From the NCBI RefSeq assembly GCF_902652985.1, contig NC_047015.1, positions 40,486,001 through 40,550,000 on the forward strand: 64,000 nucleotides of DNA. Reading direction: 5' to 3'. Source of the DNA: Pecten maximus (lineage: Eukaryota). Of this stretch, positions 36,615 to 51,083 are shown in pieces. A model generated the notes under the pieces. It saw only the letters and a program-made list of their open reading frames with translations. It did not search any database and had not been told where the DNA came from. The first letter of the stretch is position 1; each line of letters opens with the position of its first letter. The translations under genes were made by a program, and so were the position numbers.

Positions 36615-39600
36615 TTATAACTCCATAGACGGGTTAATACATCCATCCAGAATTTTGATATCACTCTCTTTGTGACTTACACCGTTCACTTTATCCGAAG
36701 TGTCAGATTCCTCTTGAAATTCGGCGTTTGAAAACGCTTGTATCGAATCTCTGTGCATATTACCGTTATATTTACTGATCACAGATTGTCTAGTCTCGGA
36801 GACATTTAGGCTCCGACCGGAGTCACTCCTGTTTGTCTTATGTTTGTTAAATATACCACTGATAAGGTCTTTGAGGCCCTTTCGGAAGTTTTCGTTCATT
36901 CCACCGTACACCATAGGGTTGATAGCACTGTTGGCATAAAGCAGTGTAACTGCGGCGAAATTCAACGGTTTATACCAAACTGGTAGCTGGAACAAAGGAA
37001 ATATATAATTGGCACTTCTCAGATTATCACATTCGATTTATCCGTGTTTAACCTTACTTTATTATTATTTTCCTTATCTTGTTATTAGAAACCAGGGGGT
37101 CTATAGGTTTCCTCTCTGTCCGCCAAATTTGTCAACGCTCCAGTGGCTTCATTCCTCCGGGGATTTTGATGACAATCATAAATAATCATAATTCTAGTAT
37201 CTCGGACAAGTTCGAGTTTCAGGGTTTTTTGGTCAATGTCAAGATCACTTACTACTTTTAGCGGGGGCTGGTTGGGAACATCTATTTGATTTCAGTTATA
37301 TTTGTTCTAACTTGCTGATATTAACTATAATAGTTGATTACTTGCCTTGATATTCGCTCTTGTTTGTAGCTATGTCTATTTTTAGAGTAGTATCGTTACA
37401 AAAGAGCAAAACATAAAGTAAAATTTGCTTGCAGGCCCTTGAGAAAGTGCATGGAGAAAAATACCATTTGTTCACTTTCTGCTTCATTGACAAGTTGTTT
37501 CATGTTTTTTAATGTAATATATTTCATCGAAATAAGATGGCAATGTCTAAATAGATCATATGTTACTTCTTACCTTGCTGTTCCCTGTATAATCTTCCAC
37601 CTCCCTGTAAAGCTCGTACAATCTTGCTACTTGGAAAGGAATAGTACAGAATATGAACGCCAGGAGGACTGCAAATAACATCTTCACTACCTAAAGACAA
37701 AAAAGAAATGAGCATAAGACGTGGCCTACATGATTCGTTTAATTGAGTTAATAAATTATGTATTTTCTTTTAAGATCTGACCTACAGTAGTCGTTAAAAA
37801 AAGCTTAACTAGCTTAAGGATAATATAAAAAAATGTACTTCAATATAGAACATCTGTAAATGATTAATATTTAAAACTAAGTTACATGTCGGCAAATTGA
37901 GAATGGTCATCTTAAGACCAAAAAGACTGAAAAAGACCAAATTTCGAGAAAAAAAATATAATTTAAATGTTTTTAACAAAATGTTATAATAACCACACAT
38001 TAGACAATTGGGCTTTAGATCTAGATTCATTTACATGACGACTTACTGAAGCCAGAGCCAATTTCACGTTCCTCGTGTTTCCTTAACTGTCGAGATTTTC
38101 GCTTACACATTCAAAGATTTAAAAAAATTACAACCAGAGAATAACATGATAAACCGTACTGTTTTACAATTAGAATTTGGTTTCAAAACATTGACCTGAC
38201 AAATTGATGAGCTTATGAATATTCAGACAACTTATTCCACCTGTTGACTATATATTCAAGATTTTGCTATAGATTTCACGATTCCTTTGATATTCGGTGT
38301 AACAAAAGACACTTTCGTTTCCGCACCACATTAACATTTTATTTTCATCTACATTGTATATAAATATTTCTTTAATTCGTATTATGCCGTGCTTTTATCG
38401 AATGTGTGGTCGAAATATGGTTTGTCCGTGTTTTGGCATTCTTAGAGGTTGAAAACACGTGGTATGTACCAAATTAGATATGTTAATGAACAAATGTTAC
38501 CTTTTTCTTTGACCTTTGTTGAACTGTTGATATTGATATTGACCCAGTACTTGGTACTATTTTCTGTTTGCGGAGTCTTACAAAGAGGACGGTGTACGTT
38601 ATTGTCATTACGAGCATTGGAATCCAGTTGAGAACAACAACTACGCATGTCCAAAATGCACGACGGGATTGTCTTCCACTGTCACAGTCCCCGTCTGCCT
38701 CACGTACTCCCGGCCAAACGTCAGTACAGAACTTCTCCGTAAAGTCACTCCAATGACGTTCAGTGTACGTATACACGAAAAGCACGGGCATGCCAATTGA
38801 GGTGGCACAAAGCCAAACTAATACCGCAACAATGCTCACTTTCCGCTGAGTTACTCTCGACTTAAGTGGGAACATGATGGCGAAAAATCTGTCACCAGCC
38901 AAGGCCATCAGTGTAAATACACTAGCACACATCGCTGTAACTGAGAAAGAAAAATGGCTTCAAAATCCATTTCTTCAACATGAAAAGATTAAATATATTT
39001 TATTTACGATTACAGAGTTAACATTAAAAGAATTCTCATATAAGAAAAAGCGCATAGTTTGGGAGGTAAAAGCAAATATGACATTCCTTTTATTCAATCA
39101 TTACAGCACGATTGTAATTGTTCACCAGTTGAATATGATTTCGCTTGACGGCACAACCAAGCAGAAATATGTTTCTCAAACAGGCGCACTTTCCCTTTTT
39201 TTAGAATGTTTGTGGATTGGAAAGGACTTTGTTTGAGAAATATAAAAAGTGGCTGAATAAACAATTTCTGAACAATTGTACATTGTATGTGGGTCGATAT
39301 ACAGTAACTTGTATTGGAGGTTTCCTGAACGATATTTTTATATGCGAGATCGAATACAATTATGACTGTATTTGATAACTCAAAATTACACTGGGAAATA
39401 ATGATGGCCTATAATAAAGCGTAATAAGTACCAATACTTTCACTAAAGGAGGAAGGAACGATTTTCTTGTTACATTGAATTTTGTTTGAAATCGAATGGA
39501 GGGATTCTTCGAGTACTTACTTTGGACGAATGGGTTAAATTTACACAAGAACCCACCGACGGCCCAGCCCTCGGTCACATCGTCCACCAGATGCATCCAG

Positions 39601-39851
39601 ATTGAGAATGAGGCGACGAACAGATCACTCACCGCCATGTTGACTATGTAGTAGTTGGTAACCGTCCTCATCTTCTTGTTCTGCCAGACAATCACGATGA
39701 TGAGTATGTTTCCTACAATGGCTATCAGTTCCATACTAGCCAATATGGTAACCTTCACACCTATTTCCCAGCCAGGAAGAATTTTACGTATTCCCGGAAA
39801 GTTATTCATACTAACATCGACATGGACCTGCTCTCCGCAGTTGCCGGCCAT
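36615..39851 (-). CDS. Rhodopsin-like (class A) neuropeptide-type GPCR, about 419 aa
   Basis: Exons 39851-39521, 38940-38501, 37690-37574, 36986-36615 join in frame. Motifs: GN (TM1), MRTVTNYYIVNMAVSD (TM2), LCK, DRF, WIP (TM5), KKVVKML..FIFCTIP (TM6), NSAINPMVY (TM7). Confidence 0.93.
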
Positions 39852-41460
39852 TATTGCTGGTGAACGTTTGAAACGTCAAACGCGTCTAGAGATCATCTGT
39901 GGCTATGTGAGTAATATATTTGACTGAGAATACATTTATATCCAATGTCAAGGGTTACATCTTCTTATGGACCAAACTCACTTGAAGTAGTATATTTGGA
40001 AAAAGACTGGTTTAAAAACGGGTTTATGTAATAAAAATCTCTTTGCGCTCGGCACACATCCTGTCCTGTAATGAAACATTCTCTTTGAAGTTTATTCCTG
40101 GGTAGGTTTTCTAACGGTAACCTTTGTTGCCATTAATGTACCCTCTTATTAACCTCGCCACTGTGTACGGATCCCGTCGAGGAGGTCATGAAATGGTAAA
40201 ACGTAATAATATTTCCGTGAAGGAGCACAACGTTCTATCGTTAGACCTGTCTCGTATTGAAATAACCAGCGTATTTCATGTTTGACTTTATTTTCTTCTC
40301 CATGTCCAGAACTCGTTTTACCTCGCCGGGTCATAAAAAACACGCTTAAATAAGTGTATTTCAATCACTCGTTATTGACCGTCGGTTTTTACGACCATAT
40401 AATATGGTGATACATATTTATTGAGCCATAAATATTGGTCGTGTGAGAACTAGACGGGTTGTAAATGACCAATTGACGAATTCTGTAAACAAAGCAGTGA
40501 TTTATTGTCATCTGGAGTAGACAGTCGACCTTGTATGCTTGCTGTCCCTGTCCCTTCGCCGGTCTGCTACGGATGCTGGCAAATAGGATTCCAAAGATTT
40601 GAAGTGACATCAAAGGGCAGGATTATGTAACAGATATATTGACAAAGCAACATGAGGTCATATTGAGGGTTATCATTTCATGAATATGATACTGATAGGA
40701 TAATCTCGCTTATAGTTGAGTGTATGGCTATCAGTTACAATTACTGTTTACAATTAATCGATTTTTCTAAAGTACAACTTTGTTACAAATAAGTCATGTT
40801 TCAATATATTTATCTCCTCAATCATGTTTAATTAATGTTTTTGAAATAGACTTGATATCAAAAGGTTTCAATGGGTATGGAGTGTTTAGCCCGTTAGCGA
40901 TTTAATTCTTAATACTGGACGGACCAGTTCAAGGCCTGCATGACAACTTAAACAAAGTGTTGTTTTATGGTGGATAAAGCACTGTAGCTGTTGATCAGCT
41001 CACACATATATTTTTTAATGTCTGATACTGCATAAACGCTGCTGATGGGACAAGGAGGAAATTCAAAGTAAAGAATTATATCATTCTTCGTAAAACATTT
41101 GATTTTATGCAAAGGTCTGGATATTGATGATGTCCGTAAGAAATTCTATAATAAATCTTAGTTTACAATAATATTAAACACCGGGGCACATTTTTTCGAC
41201 TTTTTTTCATTTTCCTCCGTCGCATCGTCTGACGAGACCATTTCATTCATTTAAGCTCGACTGTTTCCTACCATTAATTTGTTTTGATATGTGCTTACAT
41301 CTTGTGTGTCGTTTTACTTGGTAAATGAAGCTTTAATTTTTAAAAAACACAATAAAACACAAATTAGTATAAAAATAAACAATACATACCAACACATTGT
41401 AATTGGTACCAACAACAAAAACAACTACTACATAAGTACAGTATGATAGCACTATGATTA

Positions 41461-41500
41461 GTCTGATGAAGGTGACAGTGTAGTCATCGAAACGTCACAC
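41461..41500 (+). ncRNA. Degenerate minimal type I hammerhead ribozyme core (Penelope-like element relic)
   Basis: CTGATGA-A-GGTGAC-AGTGTA-GTCATC-GAA-ACGT-C: core boxes, 6-bp stem II, palindromic minimal stem III and a GUC cleavage triplet. Stem I is only 2 bp. Confidence 0.5.
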
Positions 41501-41768
41501 GCTTAAATATCATATTGGTTGTGTTGTAGAACTTCTATCATATTTACATTACCAAACTGAAGAATAAATGAATACAATATCCTCAAACACAATGTCAGCT
41601 AGCCAAAGAGGGATCGCTACCAAGACACTTCTGAGCAAAACTCAGAATGTCTCCTCCACTTAGTAGATAATATATTGCTGGAACATGTGATTACGTTTGT
41701 CTGCACCTACATATTGACACTAGACTCTGTCGCAATATTATAAACAATTGAACCAAACAGATAATATT

Positions 41769-41769
<1 letters not shown>

Positions 41770-41834
<65 letters not shown>
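41770..41834. repeat. (CT)n microsatellite, about 32 units
   Basis: Directly visible. It produces the ERERER tract in ORF 41691-42071. Confidence 0.98.
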
Positions 41835-41838
<4 letters not shown>

Positions 41839-44615
41839 GAACGTTTGACACAAGGTATTGTAACATTAAAATATGCTAATTTATCCAGTAATTGTGTTGA
41901 ACCAACTGAAAATAATTGTTCATGAGGTAACTGTTCTGATACAAAATAATACAATACTAAAACATAATGTTTTATATTGATGCCAATCTCCACTGAATCA
42001 GTGTAGTCTCTATGGATACATAAATATACTGATTGACTGGAAAGTATCATTTTGTTTTCAATACCAAACATTGTGTGTATCGGTACGCATTGTAATGTAA
42101 AATGTTCAAGCCATTCTTGAATCGGTGTATGTACATGTTTTCCCTTATGCTCGCTCCATGTATTTTAACTTGATACACATAAGTATTTCACCATACAATC
42201 AGATCTGCCTGATTTCAACGGGAGACGTGCGAGTTTCTGGTAGGGGTATCCCCAACCACTCTCGCATTTCCCTCACCGTTGGATCTCAGTATTCTATTTG
42301 AATCAAATATATAGCTTTTAATATACTGTTATTATATCAATTTTATATGTAATCAATAGTACATGATTTGAAATTAAGTTTAGACTTTCATATATAAGTT
42401 ATTGAGGGTACCTTCTGTCAGTGAATTAAATCATACCATGCAAATTTATTTTCGAAGCCAATAATATCCAGGTTATATGTATATTTTTAACTCGTTCTCA
42501 TATTGTATTTTGTATTGCTGCTGTTCATGTATATTACGATTGTGTATAGAACATGTACTAATGGGTAATATGGCCCACAGTTAATAAAGAAGTTTAAAAA
42601 AATGTATACAAGTTTATTGTTATCTATTAAATGATGACATATGATTGACATGATGACCTCATTTGGAAATGTCTATTTCCTTTTACGATATGAAGCCCAA
42701 TATTCGTTGTTGTTAATATACCTGGTGGTTCCGTCGTCACCACCCTAGATTTCAATTTGACAGTGTTACAGTACTTACCCCGATTTCTCCTAGCACTTCG
42801 TGTGCCGTCGATGAATCAAAATACACTTACTCCTCCGGAACACCTGGTCGTATTCTCTTTGTACTTTGTGGGGGGTCTCCATGTAATTATGTATTGTTGG
42901 TTCGTTACAGTTACTGCTGCGACTTGCATGTATGTTAGTCTAGTACTGTTACAGCAAATACGAATGGTTTATAAGCGGACATGTTACCGGAATCCTCCAC
43001 ATGCTCAGTCTAATTGTAATTATACAGATCATTTTAGTACTTATAGAAGGTTTTTGTGTTGCCTTCCTCTTTGTTTTGGTGTTACTCGGAAAATAATAAT
43101 AAAGTTTATAACTGGCTATAATCGTTAAATTAACTAAAGCACATTCCCCGCCGAAGCCTCATCTTAGATTATGGCAGCCATATTTTACATGCTTGTATAA
43201 AAAATATGTTTTGTTTAACAAGTTCATAAAAATGCATCGTTACATTATGTAAAAAATAACAATATGATCGCCCTTAACACGTAATACTCTAGCGTTGTTA
43301 TATGGAAACACTTAATTATAAGGTGTTTAATAATATCCTTATGATACGGTTATAAATGAATATCATACACTTTAAGATGATTGACATATGGTGAAATGTT
43401 GGCGTTGTGTTACCTACCAAGCAGATGGTGTCCTCCTCAAGATTTACAGTTTAGTTCACTGTTTAAGGTAATTTACATCCAATAGATTGCCCCTGTCATT
43501 TTACCATTATTGTTCTATGTCTACTGTTTAATTTAAAAAGGACGAAATATCAATAGTTTCATTTTGTAAGACTGGGAATCGATATTTTCAATTTTACCAC
43601 GAAATAGTGGCTAACAATTGGTCGCTACAACTTGAACCATCTAAAACTGAGATAATAGTTCTGTTGTGTCTGGGGAGGTTTTCAGAGTGTCTCTAGATTA
43701 CCATGCATAACACAGTTTGCCTCTATGTCGTAATAACAGGTATTTGTATTGCGTGAAATTTTACTTTTAAAATATCTTGATTTAAAAGGGCACACGTACG
43801 ATACTTAGTGATCGTTTACTGAACACCAGTTTAGCTGCACTTTTAAAATTAGATTTTACTTTACATCTCCCAGGTGGGTTGTTTTGCTCTTTTACTGGAC
43901 TGCCAGGCTCCATAATAAAACCCATCATGTAGCACGCCCGCTGTAACGCTCTTAGCAACATACTTCTGGCACCATCAATTTGTAACGTTGACTTAATTCT
44001 GGCACCATCAATTTTCGTTTTTAATGTTGCCTTAATTCTGGCACTATCAATTTTAAATTATTTTCTTTCTTTTTTTACCAAACGATGTCTTCGCTCTATT
44101 GACTTAATTAATTGCCCGATTGTCCTGAAACTTTATATAGCTATTTGCAATTGTCATTTCTTGGACTAGTTTGTGTTTTGATCACCTGGCTTTAAAATGA
44201 GGTCATTGTTACTATAAATACATTTTGACGTCATCGGTTTTCTGCCTTCGTTAATTGTCTGATTATCCCGAAATTTACATTTTACTCAGAACTTTCAAAA
44301 ATGAGTTTCCGTTTCACCCACCTGGGGTCAAAATTGAGGTCATAGTTACTATTGATATATATTTGATGTCCTCGCTCTGCCGTCTGTATTATGACTTATT
44401 CACAACCATCATCTCTTCAATGGTTTTACGTTTCAACCTCCTGATGTCACTTTTGAGGTTATTGTTACTATACATGTAGACATATTTCCGTTGTCCTTCA
44501 TTTTAATGACTTCTTTACTCGCTAACACACGGCTAGGTTAATATTTAAGAGCGTTTTCCTTAGTGACATTTGATAATTCACTTTTGTTCAGTATTTAAAG
44601 GGTCATTTTGAGAAG

Positions 44616-44810
44616 TTTGGTTTATTTGTTTTTGTTTAACGTCCTATTTAACAGCCAGGGTCATTTAAGGACGTGCCAGGTTTTGAAGGTGGAGGAAAGC
44701 CGGAGTACCCGGAGAAAAACCACCGGCCTACGATCAGTACCTGGCAACTGCCCCACGTAGGTTTCGAACTCGCAACCCAGAGGTGGAGGGCTAGTGATAA
44801 AGTGTCGGGA
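44616..44810 (-). mobile_element. Same SINE family, 5'-truncated, with 12-bp TSD
   Basis: Reverse complement of the 17579 element lacking the A box. TSD CATTTTGAGAAG at 44604-44615 and 44811-44822. Confidence 0.9.
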
Positions 44811-45869
44811 CATTTTGAGAAGACATGGTAGTTTTTATAATTGTGCTATATAGCAGTGCTTTCTTGAATGGCATTGCGATTCAACATGTTTGCCACCTTT
44901 AGATATGCACTATGATGGATCGCGGAGGGACTCAATACCTGGAAAATGAGACATTCACTCTGATGGAAGGGAGACAACTCTTTCATTTTCATGTTATAAC
45001 TTAAAAATAATTCGCATTATACAATGTAATGTAAATGTTACCATTCCAATACTGACCAATGTTATCACTTAAATTATTCCACATCAAGTTCATCTTAAGG
45101 ATTTAATTTCTCTACTGTCCTCAAACTTATAAATCAAATATGCACAACTCTTCTCTGAGTAACTCATCCTTCATCAATTATGATCACGTGGTGGTGAATT
45201 AATGACACACATACTTAACATTCCCATTCCGTTGATTTCAACAGATTCATCAAATGGTCAATTTAGTCAGGTTTAGATCTAATGGATGCAACCGATCAAT
45301 TATGTCTCCCCATTGTCGTTCCGGTAGAAGGCACGGACTTTTTTTTCGAAAAAAATAATAAATTGATAAAGTGATTTTTTTTTCATATTGGATATCAATA
45401 CAAATGACATTACTCCGTCAAACGTCTGGTACGCCTCAACTTCTGCGTTCAGATTCTAAATACATCTATCCTATGATCGTGTGAAGGGAGATCACTCGAA
45501 TATATTTACGGAATAATATACCGGAGTGAGTCGTGAACGACAATAAATAAGGTTCATCCTAAGAGAAGTAGGTACATTCCTGATATACCTCTGAATATAG
45601 ATAGATCCCTATTGTTCAGCGGTGGCGTAATCTGTGTTTTGTATACAATGGAGGATCCACTTATATTAATATACGCAGTCAGAGCTATATAGACGTGATA
45701 CCTGGTCCAGCATCAGTAAAATATTGACATCACAGTTAGAAAATAGTATGACCCCAATTATTCCCGAGAGGAAAACATGCCGAGGTGTAAAAAAGAACAG
45801 TAAAATAACGAAAAGGCGAAACAAAGTCAAAAAATTAATAAGAAAAAGATTTAGTTGTATACAAATGAA

Positions 45870-46400
45870 TACATAAACTTCTTCTTATGTACAAGATACT
45901 ACATCAAAGTACGCCTACCTACCTATCTGATATTATCAGCAATTTTAGAAATAATATTGATAAACATAATCATCCTCTCAGAACCACTCGGACTTTCAAC
46001 CCTCCACTATGCCACAGTGAAAATTATTATAATAGCTACTTTCCGTCTATGTTCCGTGAATTGAATGATCTTAGTATTGAAATCCTTAACGCATCCTCCA
46101 TTAGAGTATTTGAAAAGATGATATCTAACAACCGTGTAAATAATAATACTACTTCAGCTATCTTCAAAAATCATGGTACTACACATGATAACATAATTTT
46201 ATGTCAATTAAGGAATGGTGCAAGCCAGTTAAACTATGATCTATTTAAAGATCATCTAAATGATTCCCCTGACTGCAGTTGTGGCATTGGGTTAGAAACA
46301 TCATACCATTTCTTCTTCTTATGTCCACAGTATAACATACCTAGGGACACTCTTAGGGAATTTTACTAAATGGATCAGATGATCTTAATGATGAGGAAAA
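45870..46400 (+). mobile_element. Non-LTR retrotransposon ORF2 C-terminal fragment (CR1-group-like), 5'-truncated
   Basis: MYKI...PTYLSD...NSYFPS..RELNDL...QLRNGASQLNYDLF...SPDCSCG...ETSYHFFFLCPQY: the post-RT region with a CCHC-type knuckle. A possible 3' tail lies at ~47300-47380. Confidence 0.75.
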
Positions 46401-49093
46401 TGTTAATAATGTACCGGTGACAAGTATTTCTTATTGTGTAAAATAGCAAATATACACTTATTGAGAATATTAATAACAGCATACATGTATTCTGTCACTA
46501 TGATCATATACATATAATTATCATTTACTAGTAAAGTAATACCATAACAAAGGGCCAGGTAACACATATATACACATATACATATCACTATGAGTCTGTG
46601 CAAAATATCTCTTACTTTATAATTTAATAATCATATAATATATATATAAATATTCAACAATTTATGGACGCTGTCATTGTGTACGTGTTATTTTCTGTTT
46701 TCAAGAGTAGTCACTGTACATCTATTAAATAATATTATCAACATACACACACATACAAATGTATATATAATATATATATATAAACAAAAGTGAATAGTGT
46801 CAATGTGATTGTAACCCTCTTAACTAAGCATCATTATATATATTACATGCCTTACAGGGTAAAGTTGGGTGAGATGTGGTGACTTGCTAGTTATGTATAA
46901 TTTATTTATCTCCATACTAATTACAATCTCAATTGATAATCTTATTTGATTTGGGCTTAACCAGAATAAGACAATTGTATGTTTTATTTTAAATTCGTAT
47001 ATGGTACCAGTTTATATGCGGTAGGGAGATGCGTGTTAGTCAACACATGAGTAGAAGACTACTGGTATTTACCAGATGGACATTATAGTCAGAAACTCTG
47101 TTGTTGATCAGGCACTTGTCTCTCTCCTACGTAGTTAACGAGTTCTAATAAATATTTAACAATGATTTGTAAAATATTATAAAGAAAAAGAAAATAACAT
47201 CAGATTATCATTATATATTATTCACAAATACTCTTTCTATATATATACTATACTTTCCATTCTTGACTGATAACCGGATACTAATTATTTGAAATAAATG
47301 TAATATGTTATGGAGAGAACTTTAATATAGGCTAAGCCTGATGTTCAATCCATTTGATTTCCAATAAAATATGTTGAAATGTAATACAAATGAAAACGTT
47401 CAAATATTGGACCAGGTGTTTGGGGAGTGTGAGCGTCCTAGTCCTACATAGGTCACACACGCCATATCTTGTATCTAAACCAAGCTATGTCACTTTTCGA
47501 AACGTGTCGAATCAATGATAAACATTTTTCACGAATACTTATGGACAGGACGATGAAATACAGACAAACATAAATCGGTACACATATTGTATAAGGAAAC
47601 ATAGTATTTTCTTATAAGAATTGTGATCTGCATTGCCATCGTATTATTGATTACATTCATAGCCAAATGAATGTATTACATTCATAGCCAAATGAATGAT
47701 TTTTTCGGTAATGTTCAGGATTATTTTGGGGGTGTACTCTGGCAATAGCTAGGGTCATATGAGGACTCGGTAAGTGAGCATCACGTGACTGATTATATAC
47801 ACTTACAAATGTATGTGTAAATTGTTGCATATTTAGAAACTATTGTAATATGTAAAATATCTGTATTGTATATGATAAGAGTGTTTAAACAGTCCGTGTA
47901 TACAGAACAACTGTAGGTAATTGATGAGTATCGCCCGAGAGATAACTAATGACAGTACACAAAGACATGTTATCTGTCCTTTGAAGTTCAGTCAGTACAT
48001 AATACCGCTGAAAACCTACACAACACAACCTCCCTGTATCACACAAAGACAACACATTCCTACCAGTACGACAAATAAGTACAGTTCGGCTCTAACTTTA
48101 AAGTGCTAATAATGTATTTACATATTTATATTCGTGTGAAAAATGACTTTAGAAGCACGGAGATATCAGCTGACCTATAGTTAGACGATAAGATAGTGTA
48201 TATATACATATACTGAGTACTGCCTGGTACCCAGGTGATAATTATTCAAAGTGTGAGAACTATGTGCACGCAGGCACATCTACGTCCAACTTACAAATGT
48301 ACAACAACATCTACTGTAAAGTATATGTATGAGCACAGCCATTCACGACTTTGAAATGTCAACAAAATATGTCCGCATATTACCCAGTAGAAAACAATAA
48401 GGAAGGCTTTGGGTTCTGTCCCCTGGCCGAGACATACCATGCAGAGTCTATGGACGACTAGTTAGCCGACACACAGGGGAGGCCGTCATTATATGATTGT
48501 ACTAGGACGTTAAACATTACAGAATCAAACAAAACATCTGACTTTATTTCACACAAAGAATTATTTTCAAATGAGATGATGATGTTGAATATCAAACTTT
48601 CCGATGATCAATCCCATTACTTCTCTATCAACCAGCACCTCTCAAACCTAGTGTAGTAAAACGTAGTTATATGACAGTGTGACTAAGGGCAGTAGATATG
48701 AAAGATGTGAAAATCAATCACTTTTAATTTTTGTTTCATTTTTATTTAAACAAATCCCTTCATTTATTGCCAAAATGGAAATGGAATCTTCTTAAACGTC
48801 GGGATTACTTTATTGAGCTGCCGACGTAACCTGCTTTTAACTGGGCCTGGTTTATGGTGTAAATTCTGCAGGTTCCCGGATACAACTCCAGGAGAGTATA
48901 AGGAGAAACAACGTAGTGTGTGCTAAGTACATTTAATGCAGAATGGAATTCTCTTGTCATATATATAATACATGGTGCTGGGTCATCAATAATTACACAT
49001 TACGTGTACATATCAACGATCTTCAGCAAGTTAATAAAAACGAGCAGATAGAATGGGAGCGAGTGTGCATCTGACTTAAATAGCTCCAACAAC

Positions 49094-50435
49094 GTAATAG
49101 CGACGAGTGATATCTGCCTTCAGCCTTCGCCCAAACAACCTCGTCAGTAATAGCGATATCTGCCTTCAACCTTCGCCCAAACAACCACGACAGTAATAGC
49201 GAGATCTGCCTTCAGCCTTCGCCCAAACAACCTCGTCAGTAATAGCGATATCTGCCTTCAACCTTCGCCTAAACAACCACGACAGTAATAGTGACATCTG
49301 CCTTCAACCTTCGCCCAAACAACCACGACAGTAATAGTGACATCTGCCTTCAACCTTCGCCCAAACAACCACGACAGTAATAGTGATATCTGCCTTCAGC
49401 CTTCACCCAAACAACCACGACAGTAATAGCGATATCTGCCTTCAGCCTTCACCCAAACAACCACGACAGTAATAGTGATATCTGCCTTCACCCTTCGCCC
49501 AAACAACCTCGACAGTAATAGCGAGATCTGTCTTCAACCATCGCACAAGTAACCTCGACAGTAATAGCGAGATCTGTCTTCAACCTTCGCCTAAACAACC
49601 ACGACAGTAATAGTGATATCTGCCTTCAACCTTCACCCAAACAACCTCGTCAGTAATAGTGACATCTGCTTTCAACCTACGCCCAAACAACCTCGTCAGT
49701 AATAGTGACATCTGTCTTCAACCTTCGCCCAAACAACCTCGTCAGTAATAGCGATATCTGTCTTCAACCTTCGCCCAAACAACCTCGTCAGTAATAGCGA
49801 TATCTGTCTTCAACCTTCGCCCAAACAACCTCGTCAGTAATAGCGATATCTGTCTTCAACCTTCGCCCAAACAACCACGACAGTAATAGTGACATCTGAC
49901 TTCAACCTTCGCCCAAACAACCTCGACAGTAATAGCGAGATCTGTCTTCAACCATCGCACAAGTAACCTCGACAGTAATAGCGAGATCTGTCTTCAACCT
50001 TCGCCTAAACAACCACGACAGTAATAGTGATATCTGCCTTCAACCTTCACCCAAACAACCTCGTCAGTAATAGTGACATCTGCTTTCAACCTACGCCCAA
50101 ACAACCTCGTCAGTAATAGTGACATCTGCCTTCACCCTTCACCCAAACAACCTCGTCAGTAATAGCGATATCTGCCTTCAGCCTTCGCCCAAACAACCAC
50201 GACAGTAATAGCGATATCTGCCTTCAGCCTTCGCCCAAACAACCACGACAGTAATAGCGATATCTGCCTTCAACCTTCGCCCAAACAACCTCGACAGTAA
50301 TGGCGATATCTGCCTTCAACCTTCGCCCAAACAACCTCGTCAGTAATGGCGATATCTGCATTCAACCTTCGCCCAAACAACCTCGACAGTAATAGCATTA
50401 TCTGCCTTCACCCTTCGCCCAAACAACCTCGACAG
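49094..50435. repeat. 46-bp minisatellite, about 29 copies
   Basis: Unit AATAGCGATATCTGCCTTCAACCTTCGCCCAAACAACC(A/T)CG(A/T)CAGT. Confidence 0.97.
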
Positions 50436-51083
50436 GAATTTTCACCCATTATCAGCTGTCAAAAAAAAAACAAACAAAAAACGAAACACCGAAAACTGAA
50501 ATTTACAACGAGTGGGGAAATACAATGTTTGGTGTCATCGGCAAATGTGTTGTAATCAGTGATCAAGTACGTCAACAAACGTTTCACTAATGAGGAGATC
50601 TGGAAATCGATATCAAATCAGCTACGATTACAAGCAACTGCAAAAAAACTGAAAATGATGTTAAAGACACAAGGTCGCCTCTACATTGTATGTAAATATT
50701 TTCAAGTGGCAAATTATTCAATTGAAGCAATGCAGTGCGTAAAAACCTTCCTCTAATGTAAATTTGTTCCTCGAAAAATTAAGTATATCACGTGATTTGT
50801 TGAAAGATTTGGCAATTGTCTCCAATCTTATCTCATTATCGCAGAGCAGCGGTGTAATTAGTGTTACGTTAGCGTAGATAAGCCATGCATTCTAGAAAGT
50901 GAAAGTGTTGAAGACTCGCTAGTGTCTTACTTCGTTTATTTCAAATCTCGTGATATGAAGTAGTTTTTTTCCGTTCTCAGCACAAATGTAATTATTTTCA
51001 AATTTGCCTCCCATGCATCCTTAATTCTCTCAAGTCAGGGGCTTGTGAATAATTAACGTTTGAAATGAAGTTTGAAACTGGTA

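Noticed and set aside
49094-50435. Tandem hammerhead ribozymes on the minus strand of the 46-bp repeat (CTGACGA...GAA)
   Set aside because: No pairing stem II, GAAG instead of GAAA, no stems I or III, and about half the units lack the CTGACGA box.
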